From NCBI GenBank assembly GCA_963774265.1, contig CAVZDU010000007.1, positions 160,001 through 224,000 on the forward strand: DNA of 64,000 nucleotides. Direction: 5' to 3'. The notes below the pieces were generated by a model. It ran no database searches. It saw only the letters and a list, made by a program, of their open reading frames with translations, and was not told the origin of the DNA. Positions 18,656 through 27,714 of this stretch are shown piece after piece. This DNA is from an uncultured Chloroflexia bacterium. Its GTDB lineage: Bacteria; Chloroflexota; Anaerolineae; CG2-30-64-16. Numbering within the stretch: position 1 is the stretch's first letter; each line of letters starts with the position of its first letter. A program made the translations under genes and the position numbers.

Positions 18656-19756
18656 TCATCGTAAGCTCGCCGCCGAGACATCTCGAGGTGGTTGTGCAGC
18701 AGACAGGATCGCTGCAACCAGGTGGCTCGGCTCCAGGCCCGGTGACGCCACCCCGCGTTCCCGGTACACCGCCTCAACCCGTAGCGTGAGGGATGCGGGG
18801 TCAACCTTCTCGCCGCGCAGCGATTGCTCAATTTCGCCAAGCGCCGTGGCTGGCAGGAGCGTGAAGTCTCCGGACAAAACGAGATCATCGATCCTGTTGC
18901 CAACCAGACGCACCGTCGCGCGCACCAATCCGCCCGGCGCCTTGAGTGTTGACTCGCCCACCCGCACATCGGCGTGAATCTTGATCCCGGTTGGGCGCAG
19001 GTCGCCCTTCCGATTGAGCCACTCCTCGGTGACGAATTCCGCGTCGAGGTTCCTGGCCGCGACCTCCTCTGCCGGCGTCAATCTGCCAATAGCGATCTCC
19101 GTGCGCAGCGCCGCGGCCGCTTGATGCAGATACAGCGCCTTGACTCCCTCGCGGTCAGGCGGCGGCTGCACCTGCTCGCTCAGGGTCGTCATGTATTGTT
19201 CCAGGCTTTCAAACACCTTATCGCGCATCTTCTCCGAAGTCACCTTCAGCACGCGCGCCATCGTCGCCTTGTCAAAGTCGAACATGATGCTGCCTACGAG
19301 CACTTCGGCCAGGCCGATCTGCGCCGCACCCGTGCCGCCGATCTTCTTCCCATCGACATGAATATCGTTGACCGGCCGATGGTAGGCATTGACGCCCAGG
19401 GCCTGGTATGTCTCGACGAGCGGCCGGACAAATAGGGCGTACCGGGCATCGAGTGCAGAAGGCAAGTCATAGCGTTGAAAAACCCACTGGACGAAGACCT
19501 GGCCCGAGTCCAGGTAGACCGCACCGCCGCCTACCTCGCGCCGATACACGGGCAGATCGTGATCGCGGCAGTAATCCAGGTCAACCTCTTTGTTGAGGTC
19601 CTGGTGATAACCGATGCACACATACGGGTGCGTTGGACTCACGAGGATGATCGTGCTCGGGCTGGCTGGTGTCAGCGCGTTGGCGACAGCATGGTACACT
19701 GTCTGCGATCGCAGTGGCGAAATATCGCCCAAGTCGAGCAAGCGCACATGCTGCAT
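18656..19756 (-). CDS. Lipoate-protein ligase A family protein with C-terminal domain
   Basis: PYVCIGYHQD, RREVGGGAVYLD, NDIHVDGKKIGGTG, C-terminal KAPGGLVR...LSGDF. Start placed at ATG 19756. Confidence 0.85.
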   Translation of the reverse strand: MQHVRLLDLGDISPLRSQTVYHAVANALTPASPSTIILVSPTHPYVCIGYHQDLNKEVDLDYCRDHDLPVYRREVGGGAVYLDSGQVFVQWVFQRYDLPSALDARYALFVRPLVETYQALGVNAYHRPVNDIHVDGKKIGGTGAAQIGLAEVLVGSIMFDFDKATMARVLKVTSEKMRDKVFESLEQYMTTLSEQVQPPPDREGVKALYLHQAAAALRTEIAIGRLTPAEEVAARNLDAEFVTEEWLNRKGDLRPTGIKIHADVRVGESTLKAPGGLVRATVRLVGNRIDDLVLSGDFTLLPATALGEIEQSLRGEKVDPASLTLRVEAVYRERGVASPGLEPSHLVAAILSAAQPPRDVSAASLR

Positions 19757-19941
19757 GGCGTTGATCCTCAGCGTGTCATGGATTTGGCTCGTTCGTGTCA
19801 GCAAGTATTCAGACCGACCGGCCGCTTTTGGTATATCATAGGGATGCAGCGCAAGCAACCTTGGGCGCGTGCCAACCGTATAATAGTTAGTTGCCGGCGG
19901 AAATTCCGCGTCAGGCAGGGTGGATATGGAGGCAGGAAGAA

Positions 19942-21465
19942 ATGAAAGGTAAATGCAACTCGCAGAGTCCGCTGTTGGTGGCTCTGCTATTGGTGATGTT
20001 AGTGGGTTCGGCTTGTGCGCCGGTGGCGGCGCCGGCGGCGACACCGGCTGCGTCCACAACTGAGGCTCCCCGGGCGTCGTCGCCCGCTGCTCCTACGACA
20101 GAGGCGCCACCGGCGGCGACCACCGCCGCCGAGGCTTCGGGGCAAACAGGGGTCGTCCCTTCCCTGGATGGGCGCTGGGAGGGCGCAATCGAAGTTGCGG
20201 GCCAGAAGATACCGATACGGCTGGAAATCAGTGGTCAGGAAGGCACCGCCGTCTTCCCAAGCCAGAGCGCAGCGGGCCTCCCCCTCGAGAATTTTTCGGC
20301 GCAAGGCAGTGCCATGCACTTCGAAGTCCTGCCGAAACCCCGAACCGCGGTCTTCAGCGGCGAGGTTGAGGGCGACAAGGTAAGCGGCTCCTTCGAACAG
20401 GCCGGCTACAAAGGAACGTTCAGTGTGACACGCGCCAAGGTGGAGCCGAAGGAATACCTGGAGGAAGAAGTCACTTTCAAGAACGGCGCCATCACGTTGG
20501 CAGGAACCCTGACGCTGCCGAAAGACGCCGGCCCTCACCCGGCTGTCGTGCTGATCAGCGGCAGCGGCGGCCAGAATCGTGACGAAGAGCTGTTCGGGTT
20601 CAAACCATTCGCCGTCCTGGCCGACCACCTGACAAAACAGGGCATTGCCGTGTTGCGCTACGACGACCGCGGCATCGGCGGATCGACCCCGGGTACGGCC
20701 GATGACACGTCAGAAACATTTGCGGCGGATGTGCGGGCGGCTGTCGACTATCTAAAAGGCCGCAGCGAGATCAGCGGCTCGCAGGTCGGCCTGTTGGGTC
20801 ACAGCGAGGGCGGCATCATCGCCCCAATGGTGGCTGCTGAGGGCCAGGACATCGCCTTTCTGGTTCTGCTGGCGGGTACGGCTGTGCCGGGCAAAGATGT
20901 GCTGCCCGCGCAAGCCGGCGCCATCACGCTGGCCGGCGGCGCGACGGAGGACGAAGCTAAGGCCAACGTTGCGCTGGAGGAGCGCGTGATCGCTGCGGTG
21001 CTGACGGGCGAAGGCATGGCTGACGTGAAGGCCGAATTGGTCAAGAAATACAAAGCCGCGGCCGAGGCATCGCCAGAGGAGCAGCGCAAGGCGTTGGGCG
21101 ACCTCGATCAGTGGGCCTCACAGGCTGTCGAGAGCCAGTTCGCGCAATTGAGTGGACCCTGGATGAAGTTCTTCCTAACCCACGACCCTGCGGCGGTGCT
21201 CGAGAAGGTGGATGCGCCGGTGCTGGCATTGTTTGGCGGTAAGGACGCCCAGGTGCCTGCAGAGATGAACGAGACGGCCCTTAAGGCCGCGTTGGCTAAG
21301 GGCGGCAACACCGATGTCACGACGAAGGTGTTCCCCGAAGCCAACCACCTCTTCCAGGCCGCGGTGACGGGCAGCCCGAATGAGTACGCGGAACTGAAGC
21401 CCGAGTTCACCCCCGGGTTCCTTGACACGATCAGCGGGTGGATCCTGGCGCACGTGGAGCAATAG
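19942..21465 (+). CDS. Alpha/beta hydrolase lipoprotein (S9/S15-like)
   Basis: Lipobox GSAC, Pro/Ala/Thr linker, VLISGSGGQNRDE, RYDDRG, GHSEGG nucleophile elbow, GGKDAQV, ANHLFQ. Confidence 0.88.
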   Translation: MKGKCNSQSPLLVALLLVMLVGSACAPVAAPAATPAASTTEAPRASSPAAPTTEAPPAATTAAEASGQTGVVPSLDGRWEGAIEVAGQKIPIRLEISGQEGTAVFPSQSAAGLPLENFSAQGSAMHFEVLPKPRTAVFSGEVEGDKVSGSFEQAGYKGTFSVTRAKVEPKEYLEEEVTFKNGAITLAGTLTLPKDAGPHPAVVLISGSGGQNRDEELFGFKPFAVLADHLTKQGIAVLRYDDRGIGGSTPGTADDTSETFAADVRAAVDYLKGRSEISGSQVGLLGHSEGGIIAPMVAAEGQDIAFLVLLAGTAVPGKDVLPAQAGAITLAGGATEDEAKANVALEERVIAAVLTGEGMADVKAELVKKYKAAAEASPEEQRKALGDLDQWASQAVESQFAQLSGPWMKFFLTHDPAAVLEKVDAPVLALFGGKDAQVPAEMNETALKAALAKGGNTDVTTKVFPEANHLFQAAVTGSPNEYAELKPEFTPGFLDTISGWILAHVEQ

Positions 21466-21470
21466 TGATG

Positions 21471-21510
21471 CCAGGTGGCCGGCACACCTTCAAAGGTGCC
21501 GGCCACCTGG
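21471..21510. repeat. Perfect 15-bp inverted repeat between convergent genes (REP-like or bidirectional terminator)
   Basis: CCAGGTGGCCGGCAC ... GTGCCGGCCACCTGG. Confidence 0.65.
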
Positions 21511-21526
21511 GACACCCATCTCCAAA

Positions 21527-22420
21527 CTACTTGCCCTCAGCCATGAGCGACGCTCGCGCTTCCGCCATCTTCGGCCGGTCGGCTTCAGCCGGCGTGGGGA
21601 ACTTGGGGTCCATTGCTTTCAACTTCTCGCCGATCACGGCGGATATTGCCAGGCGTGTGAACCACCTGCAATCCGCGGGGATGATATACCACGGCGCCCA
21701 GGGCGTGCTGGTCTGCTCGAAGATGTCATCATAGGCTTGCATGTACTGGTCCCAGTACTTGCGCTCTTCGATGTCGGCCGCGTTGAACTTCCAGTTTTTG
21801 TCTGGCGTGTCGATGCGCTCCAACTGCTGCTGCCGCTGTTCCTCTTTGGAGACGTTGAGGTAGATCTTCACGATCTCCGTCCCCTGCTGCACCAGGTACT
21901 TTTCGAAGTTATTGATTTCCTCAAACCGCTGCTTCCACAGGCCGTCGCCGAGCGTGTGGCTGGGCAGGCGCTGCGGGCCCAGGTAGCTCGGATGCACGCG
22001 CACGACGAGCACTTCCTCGTAGTGGGAGCGGTTGAATACGCCGATGCGCCCGCGCTCCGGGAGCGCCCTCACGCAACGCCACAAGTAGTCGTGGTCCAGT
22101 TCCTCTGTCGAAGGCGACTTGAAGCTGCTCACCTGAAAACCGGCCGGATTAACTCCGCTCAAGACATGGGCGATCGCGCTGTCTTTGCCGGCCGCGTCGA
22201 GCGCCTGGATGACAACCAGCAGCGACTGGCGGTTCTCCGCAAATAGTTTTTCCTGGTACTTCGCGATCTGCTCGATGCCTTCTTGCAGGAGTTTCTCGGC
22301 ATCAAGATCGTCCTTCTGGTAGCCCGCAGTGAATCCGGGATCGTAGTCCTTGGCAAGGTTGATCTTACCCGTCGCCGGTACACGCAACTGGCTCACGAGT
22401 TTCTCAAGATTCATGTTCAT
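21527..22420 (-). CDS. ppk2: Polyphosphate kinase 2 family (class III-like)
   Basis: QALDAAGKD, SFKSPSTEELDHDYLWR, FNRSHYEEVLVVRVH, APWYIIPAD. Confidence 0.92.
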   Translation of the reverse strand: MNMNLEKLVSQLRVPATGKINLAKDYDPGFTAGYQKDDLDAEKLLQEGIEQIAKYQEKLFAENRQSLLVVIQALDAAGKDSAIAHVLSGVNPAGFQVSSFKSPSTEELDHDYLWRCVRALPERGRIGVFNRSHYEEVLVVRVHPSYLGPQRLPSHTLGDGLWKQRFEEINNFEKYLVQQGTEIVKIYLNVSKEEQRQQQLERIDTPDKNWKFNAADIEERKYWDQYMQAYDDIFEQTSTPWAPWYIIPADCRWFTRLAISAVIGEKLKAMDPKFPTPAEADRPKMAEARASLMAEGK

Positions 22421-22474
22421 CTCCTGTGGGTAAAGGTGATAGGTATTCCTTAATGCTTTGAAGATCACTTTCGA

Positions 22475-22709
22475 TTGAGGAGCCCCTGGCAAAGATGTTG
22501 ATTGCGCGCCGCGCCGTCATCGGGCTGACTTCGTACAGCTCACAGATCTGAATCTCGAATGGCACGCGGCCGCCCGGCCGGAGGTGTCCCGCCGCGCTCT
22601 GCTGGCGGAGGATGCCCGCGAGCTGAAAGCAGGGCGACTCAAACGAGTCCCGGTCGATGCGCGGTTCTGCAGAATGCTGCGTGCGTGCGGGTTGCGGCGC
22701 CTCGTTCAC
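22475..22709 (-). pseudogene. Degenerate truncated GntR-type wHTH regulator remnant
   Basis: IDRDSFESPCFQLAGILRQQSAAGHLRPGGRVPFEIQICELYEVSPMTARRAINI resembles a decayed GntR HTH. No effector domain follows. Confidence 0.6.
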
Positions 22710-22895
22710 AATCTCTTACACCCCACCCTTAAAATATCGACCGCCAGAATCATAGCGTGCATCATCCTACCTGACAAGTTGCCTGCGGGACTCATGGCGC
22801 TGGTGGGCCTGGTTGCCACCTGGTTTTTTTACTTTCCGGTTCACATGCATCATACTATTAATTCATCGCTCAAATACGAAAGGGAGGTCATCAGA

Positions 22896-23966
22896 ATGTC
22901 GCTCCATGACTTGGTACCCGCTGGTGTCGTCGTCGGAGATGATGTGCAGAAGGTGTTCGCGTACGCGAAGGCGCATCAGTTTGCGTTGCCCGCTGCGAAT
23001 TGCACCGGGACCAACACGGTCAATGCTTGTCTGGAGACCGCCCGTGATCTGGATGCACCCATGGTCATCCAGTTCTCCAATGGCGGCGCGGCGTTCTACG
23101 CCGGCAAAGCGCTCAGCAATACCGGGCAGCGGGCAGCCATTGCGGGCGCCATCGCCGGGGCCATGCATATCCATCAGCTCGCCGAAGCATACGGCGCACG
23201 GGTGCTGGTGCACACCGACCACTGCGCCAAGAAGTTGCTGCCCTGGGTCGACGGACTGTTGGACGCGGGTGAGGCCTACTACAAGACGCACGGCAAGCCC
23301 CTCTTCAGCTCGCACATGCTGGATCTGTCGGAAGAGCCGCTGCCAGAGCTCGTCGAAACGTGCAAACGCTATCTGGATCGCATGAGCAAAATGGACATGA
23401 CCCTCGAGCTGGAATTGGGCATCACCGGCGGTGAGGAAGATGGTGTGGACAATACCGGTGTAAGCAGCGCTCGTCTCTACACCCAGCCGGAAGAGGTTGC
23501 TTATGCCTATGAGGAGTTGATGAAGGTCAGTCCTCGCTTCACCATCGCGGCTGCCTTCGGCAACGTGCACGGCGTCTACAAGCCGGGTAATGTGAAGTTG
23601 CGCCCGGTGATCCTGCACAATTGCCAGGTCTACATTCAAGGAAAATTCGGCACGCCGGAAAAGCCGCTCAACCTGGTCTTCCACGGCGGCTCAGGTTCGA
23701 CCTTGCAGGAGATTCGCGAGGCGGTCTCTTACGGCGTCGTCAAGATGAACATCGACACCGACTTGCAGTGGGCGCTCTGGGAAGGCATCAAAAACTACTA
23801 CGTCAAGAACGAGGGCTACCTGCAGGGGCAAATCGGCAACCCCGAGGGCCCGGATGAGCCGAACAAGAAGTTCTACGACCCGCGCGCGTGGCTGCGGAAG
23901 GGTGAGGAAAGCTTCAAGGCGCGACTTCAACACGCCTTCGAGGAGCTAGGCTACGTCAAGCAGTAG
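22896..23966 (+). CDS. fbaA: Class II fructose-bisphosphate aldolase (FbaA type)
   Basis: IQFSNGGA, HTDHCAKKLLPW, SSHMLDLSEE, GITGGEEDG, FGNVHGVYKPGN, FHGGSG, KMNIDTD. GGGAGG RBS. Confidence 0.95.
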   Translation: MSLHDLVPAGVVVGDDVQKVFAYAKAHQFALPAANCTGTNTVNACLETARDLDAPMVIQFSNGGAAFYAGKALSNTGQRAAIAGAIAGAMHIHQLAEAYGARVLVHTDHCAKKLLPWVDGLLDAGEAYYKTHGKPLFSSHMLDLSEEPLPELVETCKRYLDRMSKMDMTLELELGITGGEEDGVDNTGVSSARLYTQPEEVAYAYEELMKVSPRFTIAAAFGNVHGVYKPGNVKLRPVILHNCQVYIQGKFGTPEKPLNLVFHGGSGSTLQEIREAVSYGVVKMNIDTDLQWALWEGIKNYYVKNEGYLQGQIGNPEGPDEPNKKFYDPRAWLRKGEESFKARLQHAFEELGYVKQ

Positions 23967-24002
23967 GCGCTAGCAATATCTGCACGCAAGAGATCAGAAT
24001 AC

Positions 24003-24038
24003 AGAGCCCCTGCGAGCATAAGGCGCGGGGGCTCTTTC
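24003..24038 (+). terminator. Probable intrinsic terminator after fbaA
   Basis: AGAGCCCCTGCG...CGCGGGGGCTCT followed by TTCT, located between convergent genes. Confidence 0.6.
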
Positions 24039-24068
24039 TATTGTGACCGGCCCACTGCTGGAAAGGGG

Positions 24069-24614
24069 TCAAGCCCGAACCCTTGCGCGTTGTCCCAGGG
24101 CCTTTCGGGCATACTCGCGAAAGAGCTGGATGTCTTCGGGCGACTTGTAGCAGCGTTTGGGCAGGAAGATTCCGACAGAGCCGGGGAGGAATAACATGAA
24201 GTCACCCTCGGTCTCGACGACCCGCGTGAAGGCCGTCCACTCGCCCCCTCCCTCGTGGGTCTTCTCATCCGCGGTGATGCGGATCTCAAACCCGTTTTCA
24301 GTGAAGCTATAGTGAGTGCGTTCGTGAACCTTCTGCTGCTGTGCAACCATCTGCTTGCCCTGCCACAAGAGGGTGCCGTAAATCGCAAGAGGCAGGATGC
24401 CGAACATCAGGATCGGCGCCTGTTCAAGTGCAGCTCGCGAGAGGCCGGCGGTAGGCGTATTTCGAGCCACCATGAAGAGGGCAAAGACGACCGCCAGGGC
24501 GGTGAGCAGTAAGAGCAATTGAAACGGCCGGCGCATCATCAGCATTTGCAACGCGGCGCGGCGGTAATCCGTCAGGTCGGGTACAATGTCAATTTCCACA
24601 GGGGTCTGGGTCAT
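24069..24614 (-). CDS. YcxB-like membrane protein
   Basis: Two TM segments followed by YSFTENG...WTAFTRVVET...FLPKRCY. Confidence 0.7.
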   Translation of the reverse strand: MTQTPVEIDIVPDLTDYRRAALQMLMMRRPFQLLLLLTALAVVFALFMVARNTPTAGLSRAALEQAPILMFGILPLAIYGTLLWQGKQMVAQQQKVHERTHYSFTENGFEIRITADEKTHEGGGEWTAFTRVVETEGDFMLFLPGSVGIFLPKRCYKSPEDIQLFREYARKALGQRARVRA

Positions 24615-24698
24615 GTCGTGACTCGTTCATTGCGGTGAGTGCCTCCCGGCCGCGCAGCGCCTTCGCCCAAACGCGGCGCGGGAAGGCGGAACGTATGG

Positions 24699-25857
24699 TC
24701 AGGCTAGAAACTCCACAGCGGACTCGGCAAACGCACGCGCAGCTTCCACCATGGGGGCGATTTCGACAAATTCGTTTGGCTGATGTGCCAGCGTAGGATC
24801 ACCCGGGCCAAAAATAATCGTCGGCACGTTGAGCGCAGGCACGAAGATGGCCGCCTCGGTCGCGAAGCGCACGACTACATGCTGGGGCTCCCAGCCCATA
24901 CCCCGCGCCCGCGGCCGCGATGAAGCGCTGTACCGCGGGGGCGTCTGGCTTCGTTTCGACGGCCGGAATATCGAAGTTGACGGTGAGGGATGCGCGGAAT
25001 CCGGGCCGCCGGCGCTCGTGATCGGCCAGCACCGCCTCGATCTGCCGCCGGATCGCGGCATGATCCTGACCTGGCACGGTGCGCATGTCAATCGTCAAAG
25101 CACACCGGTCAGGCACAACGTTGGTCTTAACCCCACCGTTGATGGTGTTGATGCTCCGCGTGAACGGACCCAGCACCGGATGCGGTGTGAAGGGGATTTC
25201 CATCCGCTCGAACTCTTCGAGCAGGGGCACCATCATCATGATGGCATTCAGCCCCAGGTGAGGCGTTGAGCCGTGCGCGGTTTTGCCATAGGTGGTGATC
25301 TCTGGCCAGAATACGCCGCGCTCCGCGGTTCCCACACCGTTGGACGTAGGCTCCGAAATCAGGATCGCCTGGACGTCACCCAGGATGTCTTTCTCACAGA
25401 CCACCTTTGCGCCGATCATGGACATTTCTTCGCCTGCGGTGCCCGCGATGATCAGGTCCCCGCGCAGGTCAGCGCCAGATTGGACCAGGGCTTTCGCAGC
25501 GACCAGCATGGCCGCCAGGCCGCCCTTCATATCTCCGGAGCCTCGTCCCCACACTTTGCCATCCGCGACCTCGCCGGCGAAGGGCGGATGTGTCCACTCC
25601 TGACCGCCGACGGGGACCACGTCCAGGTGGCCGTTGAACACCAGCCCTGGCTGTCCACCGGAACCTTTGCGCCGGGCGACCACGGTCTTGCGGTTCTCGC
25701 CGTGGGATAGATACTGGGATGTGAAGCCGAGGGGCGCCAGGTAGTCAGCCACATACTCGGCTGCGATCTGTTCGTTGCCGGGCGGATTGGACGTGTTGAA
25801 CCGGATCAGATCACTGCAAACTCGCACCAACTCCGTTTCATCGATGTGATAGGTCAC
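24699..25857 (-). CDS. M20 family amidohydrolase (ArgE/DapE-like), +1 frameshift near 24909
   Basis: NPPGNE, FNGHLDVVP, GRGSGDMKGG, GEE, SEPT, AHGS. C-terminus ATEA...FGPGDPTLAHQPNE is in the shifted frame. GTG 25857 with GAGGAGG RBS. Confidence 0.88.
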
Positions 25858-25946
25858 TTCGTGGATCCTCCTCGCTTTCTCACCTGCCGAACGGATTCCT
25901 TTAAGGGGCGGCCCTGCACGCGCCACCCCTTAAGGTCTGATGACGA

Positions 25947-26666
25947 CTACGCCTCTATCTTGAACAAACGCAGCATCAGAGCGCCAACAAGCATCGTGCC
26001 CAGGACGGTGATGACGATCGCCCATGCCCCTGGCACCTTCAGCAGGATCGCCCCCAGGCACAAAATGATAGACACGGGGGCGTACTTCCAGCCGCGCAGG
26101 ATGAATTGTCCCCACACCGCGCCGAACACGGCCGGCAGGAGGTACTTGTTGAACGCGTCGAGCAACCAGGGCGGGAAGACCTGCTGGATTGCACCGATCG
26201 CGATCGCGCCGACCAGGATCGCGGGAATGCTGATGAGCACCGAGGTCGCAATGCCCACGGCGGCTACCAGCTCACCCTCCATCGTACCTTCCTTGACGCC
26301 TGCCACTTCCTGGGCCACAGCAGCGCAGGGCACGCGCAGGTTCGAGCCATTGCCCGTTGTGGACACCATGTACCAACCGGCGTTGCCTACAACGGGATAG
26401 TAGGAAATTGGCTCACTGAAATAGAAGGGCACCGCATAGGTCATTGCCAGGGCAAAGCCAGTGGCGATCGTCGACCACGGCGGGAACTGGCCGTAGATGA
26501 CGTAGAGCAGGATTGCCGGCAGGAATAGCGCCAGGAAGACCGCTAAGGCGGTGATTGTGCCTACCCGGTGGACCGGTTTGAGATAGTCTCGTGCGAACAC
26601 TGCGGGGTCGATCCCGCGGTCTGCCTTGGAGCTGGCATGAACGGGCTGTGAGGTAATGGTTGCCAT
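25947..26666 (-). CDS. Integral membrane protein, partner of DUF5058 protein
   Basis: 6-7 TM segments, EPISYYPVVG..G.Y, GNGSNLRVPCA, LLPAVFGA. Confidence 0.7.
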   Translation of the reverse strand: MATITSQPVHASSKADRGIDPAVFARDYLKPVHRVGTITALAVFLALFLPAILLYVIYGQFPPWSTIATGFALAMTYAVPFYFSEPISYYPVVGNAGWYMVSTTGNGSNLRVPCAAVAQEVAGVKEGTMEGELVAAVGIATSVLISIPAILVGAIAIGAIQQVFPPWLLDAFNKYLLPAVFGAVWGQFILRGWKYAPVSIILCLGAILLKVPGAWAIVITVLGTMLVGALMLRLFKIEA

Positions 26667-26678
26667 GATGACTCCTCC

Positions 26679-27380
26679 TTATCCTGCCACGATCTTGCCG
26701 GCCAACATGCCGACGAACATCGCGATCCCCAGCGCCCATTCCTTCAGCCCGGGCCGCTTTATCCAGTCGGACACTTTGAACAGCAGCATCGAAGACACCA
26801 CTGCGACCAGGACCGCTACCAGGTAGCCGCCGCCCTTCCTCGCATTGGTCAAAGAGTAGTAGGTGAAGACCGCGATCATGCCGCACGCGCCGATGACCGC
26901 CAGCAACTTCGGGTCGCCGCCGGTCAGTTTCTCGCGCGCTCTGCCGAGGTAGCGGGTGAAGATGCCTTCCACCGACCAACCCCAGCCCGCGATGTTCATG
27001 ATGAAGACCGCTGCGACAAAGCCGGCCATGGTGAAGTTTGGCGAGCCAAACTGCTCGCCGGCCGCAATGGCTGCGTTCGAGACCTGGGCCAACTCCGTGA
27101 AGACGGAGCCAACGCCCACCGCCTCACGCTGGAACGCCAGGCCGGGGCTGATAGCGACGGCCAGCGCGATCATGACAAAGATGTTCGCGATCACAGGACC
27201 CACGGCGGTAATGGCTGCGCCGCGGATCATGTGGCTCGTTTCCTTAGTCGTGAACCCGTTGGCGTGCATGAAAGATCGGGCCTTGCTCAGGAAGAACCAT
27301 GCCTGATACAGGCCGATCACCGAGGTGATTGCGCCCGCGATCCAGATCCACGGGGCGTTTGCAACCTCTTTCCACTCCAT
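26679..27380 (-). CDS. DUF5058 family integral membrane protein
   Basis: Multi-TM protein with GSVFTEL and C-terminal LKEWALGIAMFVGM. GAGGAG RBS. Confidence 0.72.
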   Translation of the reverse strand: MEWKEVANAPWIWIAGAITSVIGLYQAWFFLSKARSFMHANGFTTKETSHMIRGAAITAVGPVIANIFVMIALAVAISPGLAFQREAVGVGSVFTELAQVSNAAIAAGEQFGSPNFTMAGFVAAVFIMNIAGWGWSVEGIFTRYLGRAREKLTGGDPKLLAVIGACGMIAVFTYYSLTNARKGGGYLVAVLVAVVSSMLLFKVSDWIKRPGLKEWALGIAMFVGMLAGKIVAG

Positions 27381-27714
27381 GATCTTACTCCTCAGGTGGG
27401 GAATCCTGTCTCGCAGTGGTAAGCTGGGCCACAGCTGGCAGTGGCGATAGGACGACGTTCCACTGATGGTGCGCGGATCGCGAGCTTGGCGAAGGTCCTC
27501 CCTTCGAATGGGGTGGGTGGGTGCAGGGCAGCAGGAAGGACGCGAGGTGATTCCATCAGGCAGCAGCCCGATGATGCCTGATGGCGACGATCAAAAAGAA
27601 TCGTATAACTGAATCACTGCGGTGTGTCTCAGCCTGCAGAGCACTATGCGGTAGTCTAAGCAAGTAGTAGTTATTTGGCAAATGCCGCATATCCAATGTG
27701 AAGTCGATTACTTT

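Noticed and set aside
18656-20059. Extended starts of the lipoate ligase (20059), hydrolase (19891), fbaA (22584) and hypB (12223)
   Set aside because: Family homology and RBS positions begin at downstream starts, and the extensions overlap neighbours or intergenic DNA.
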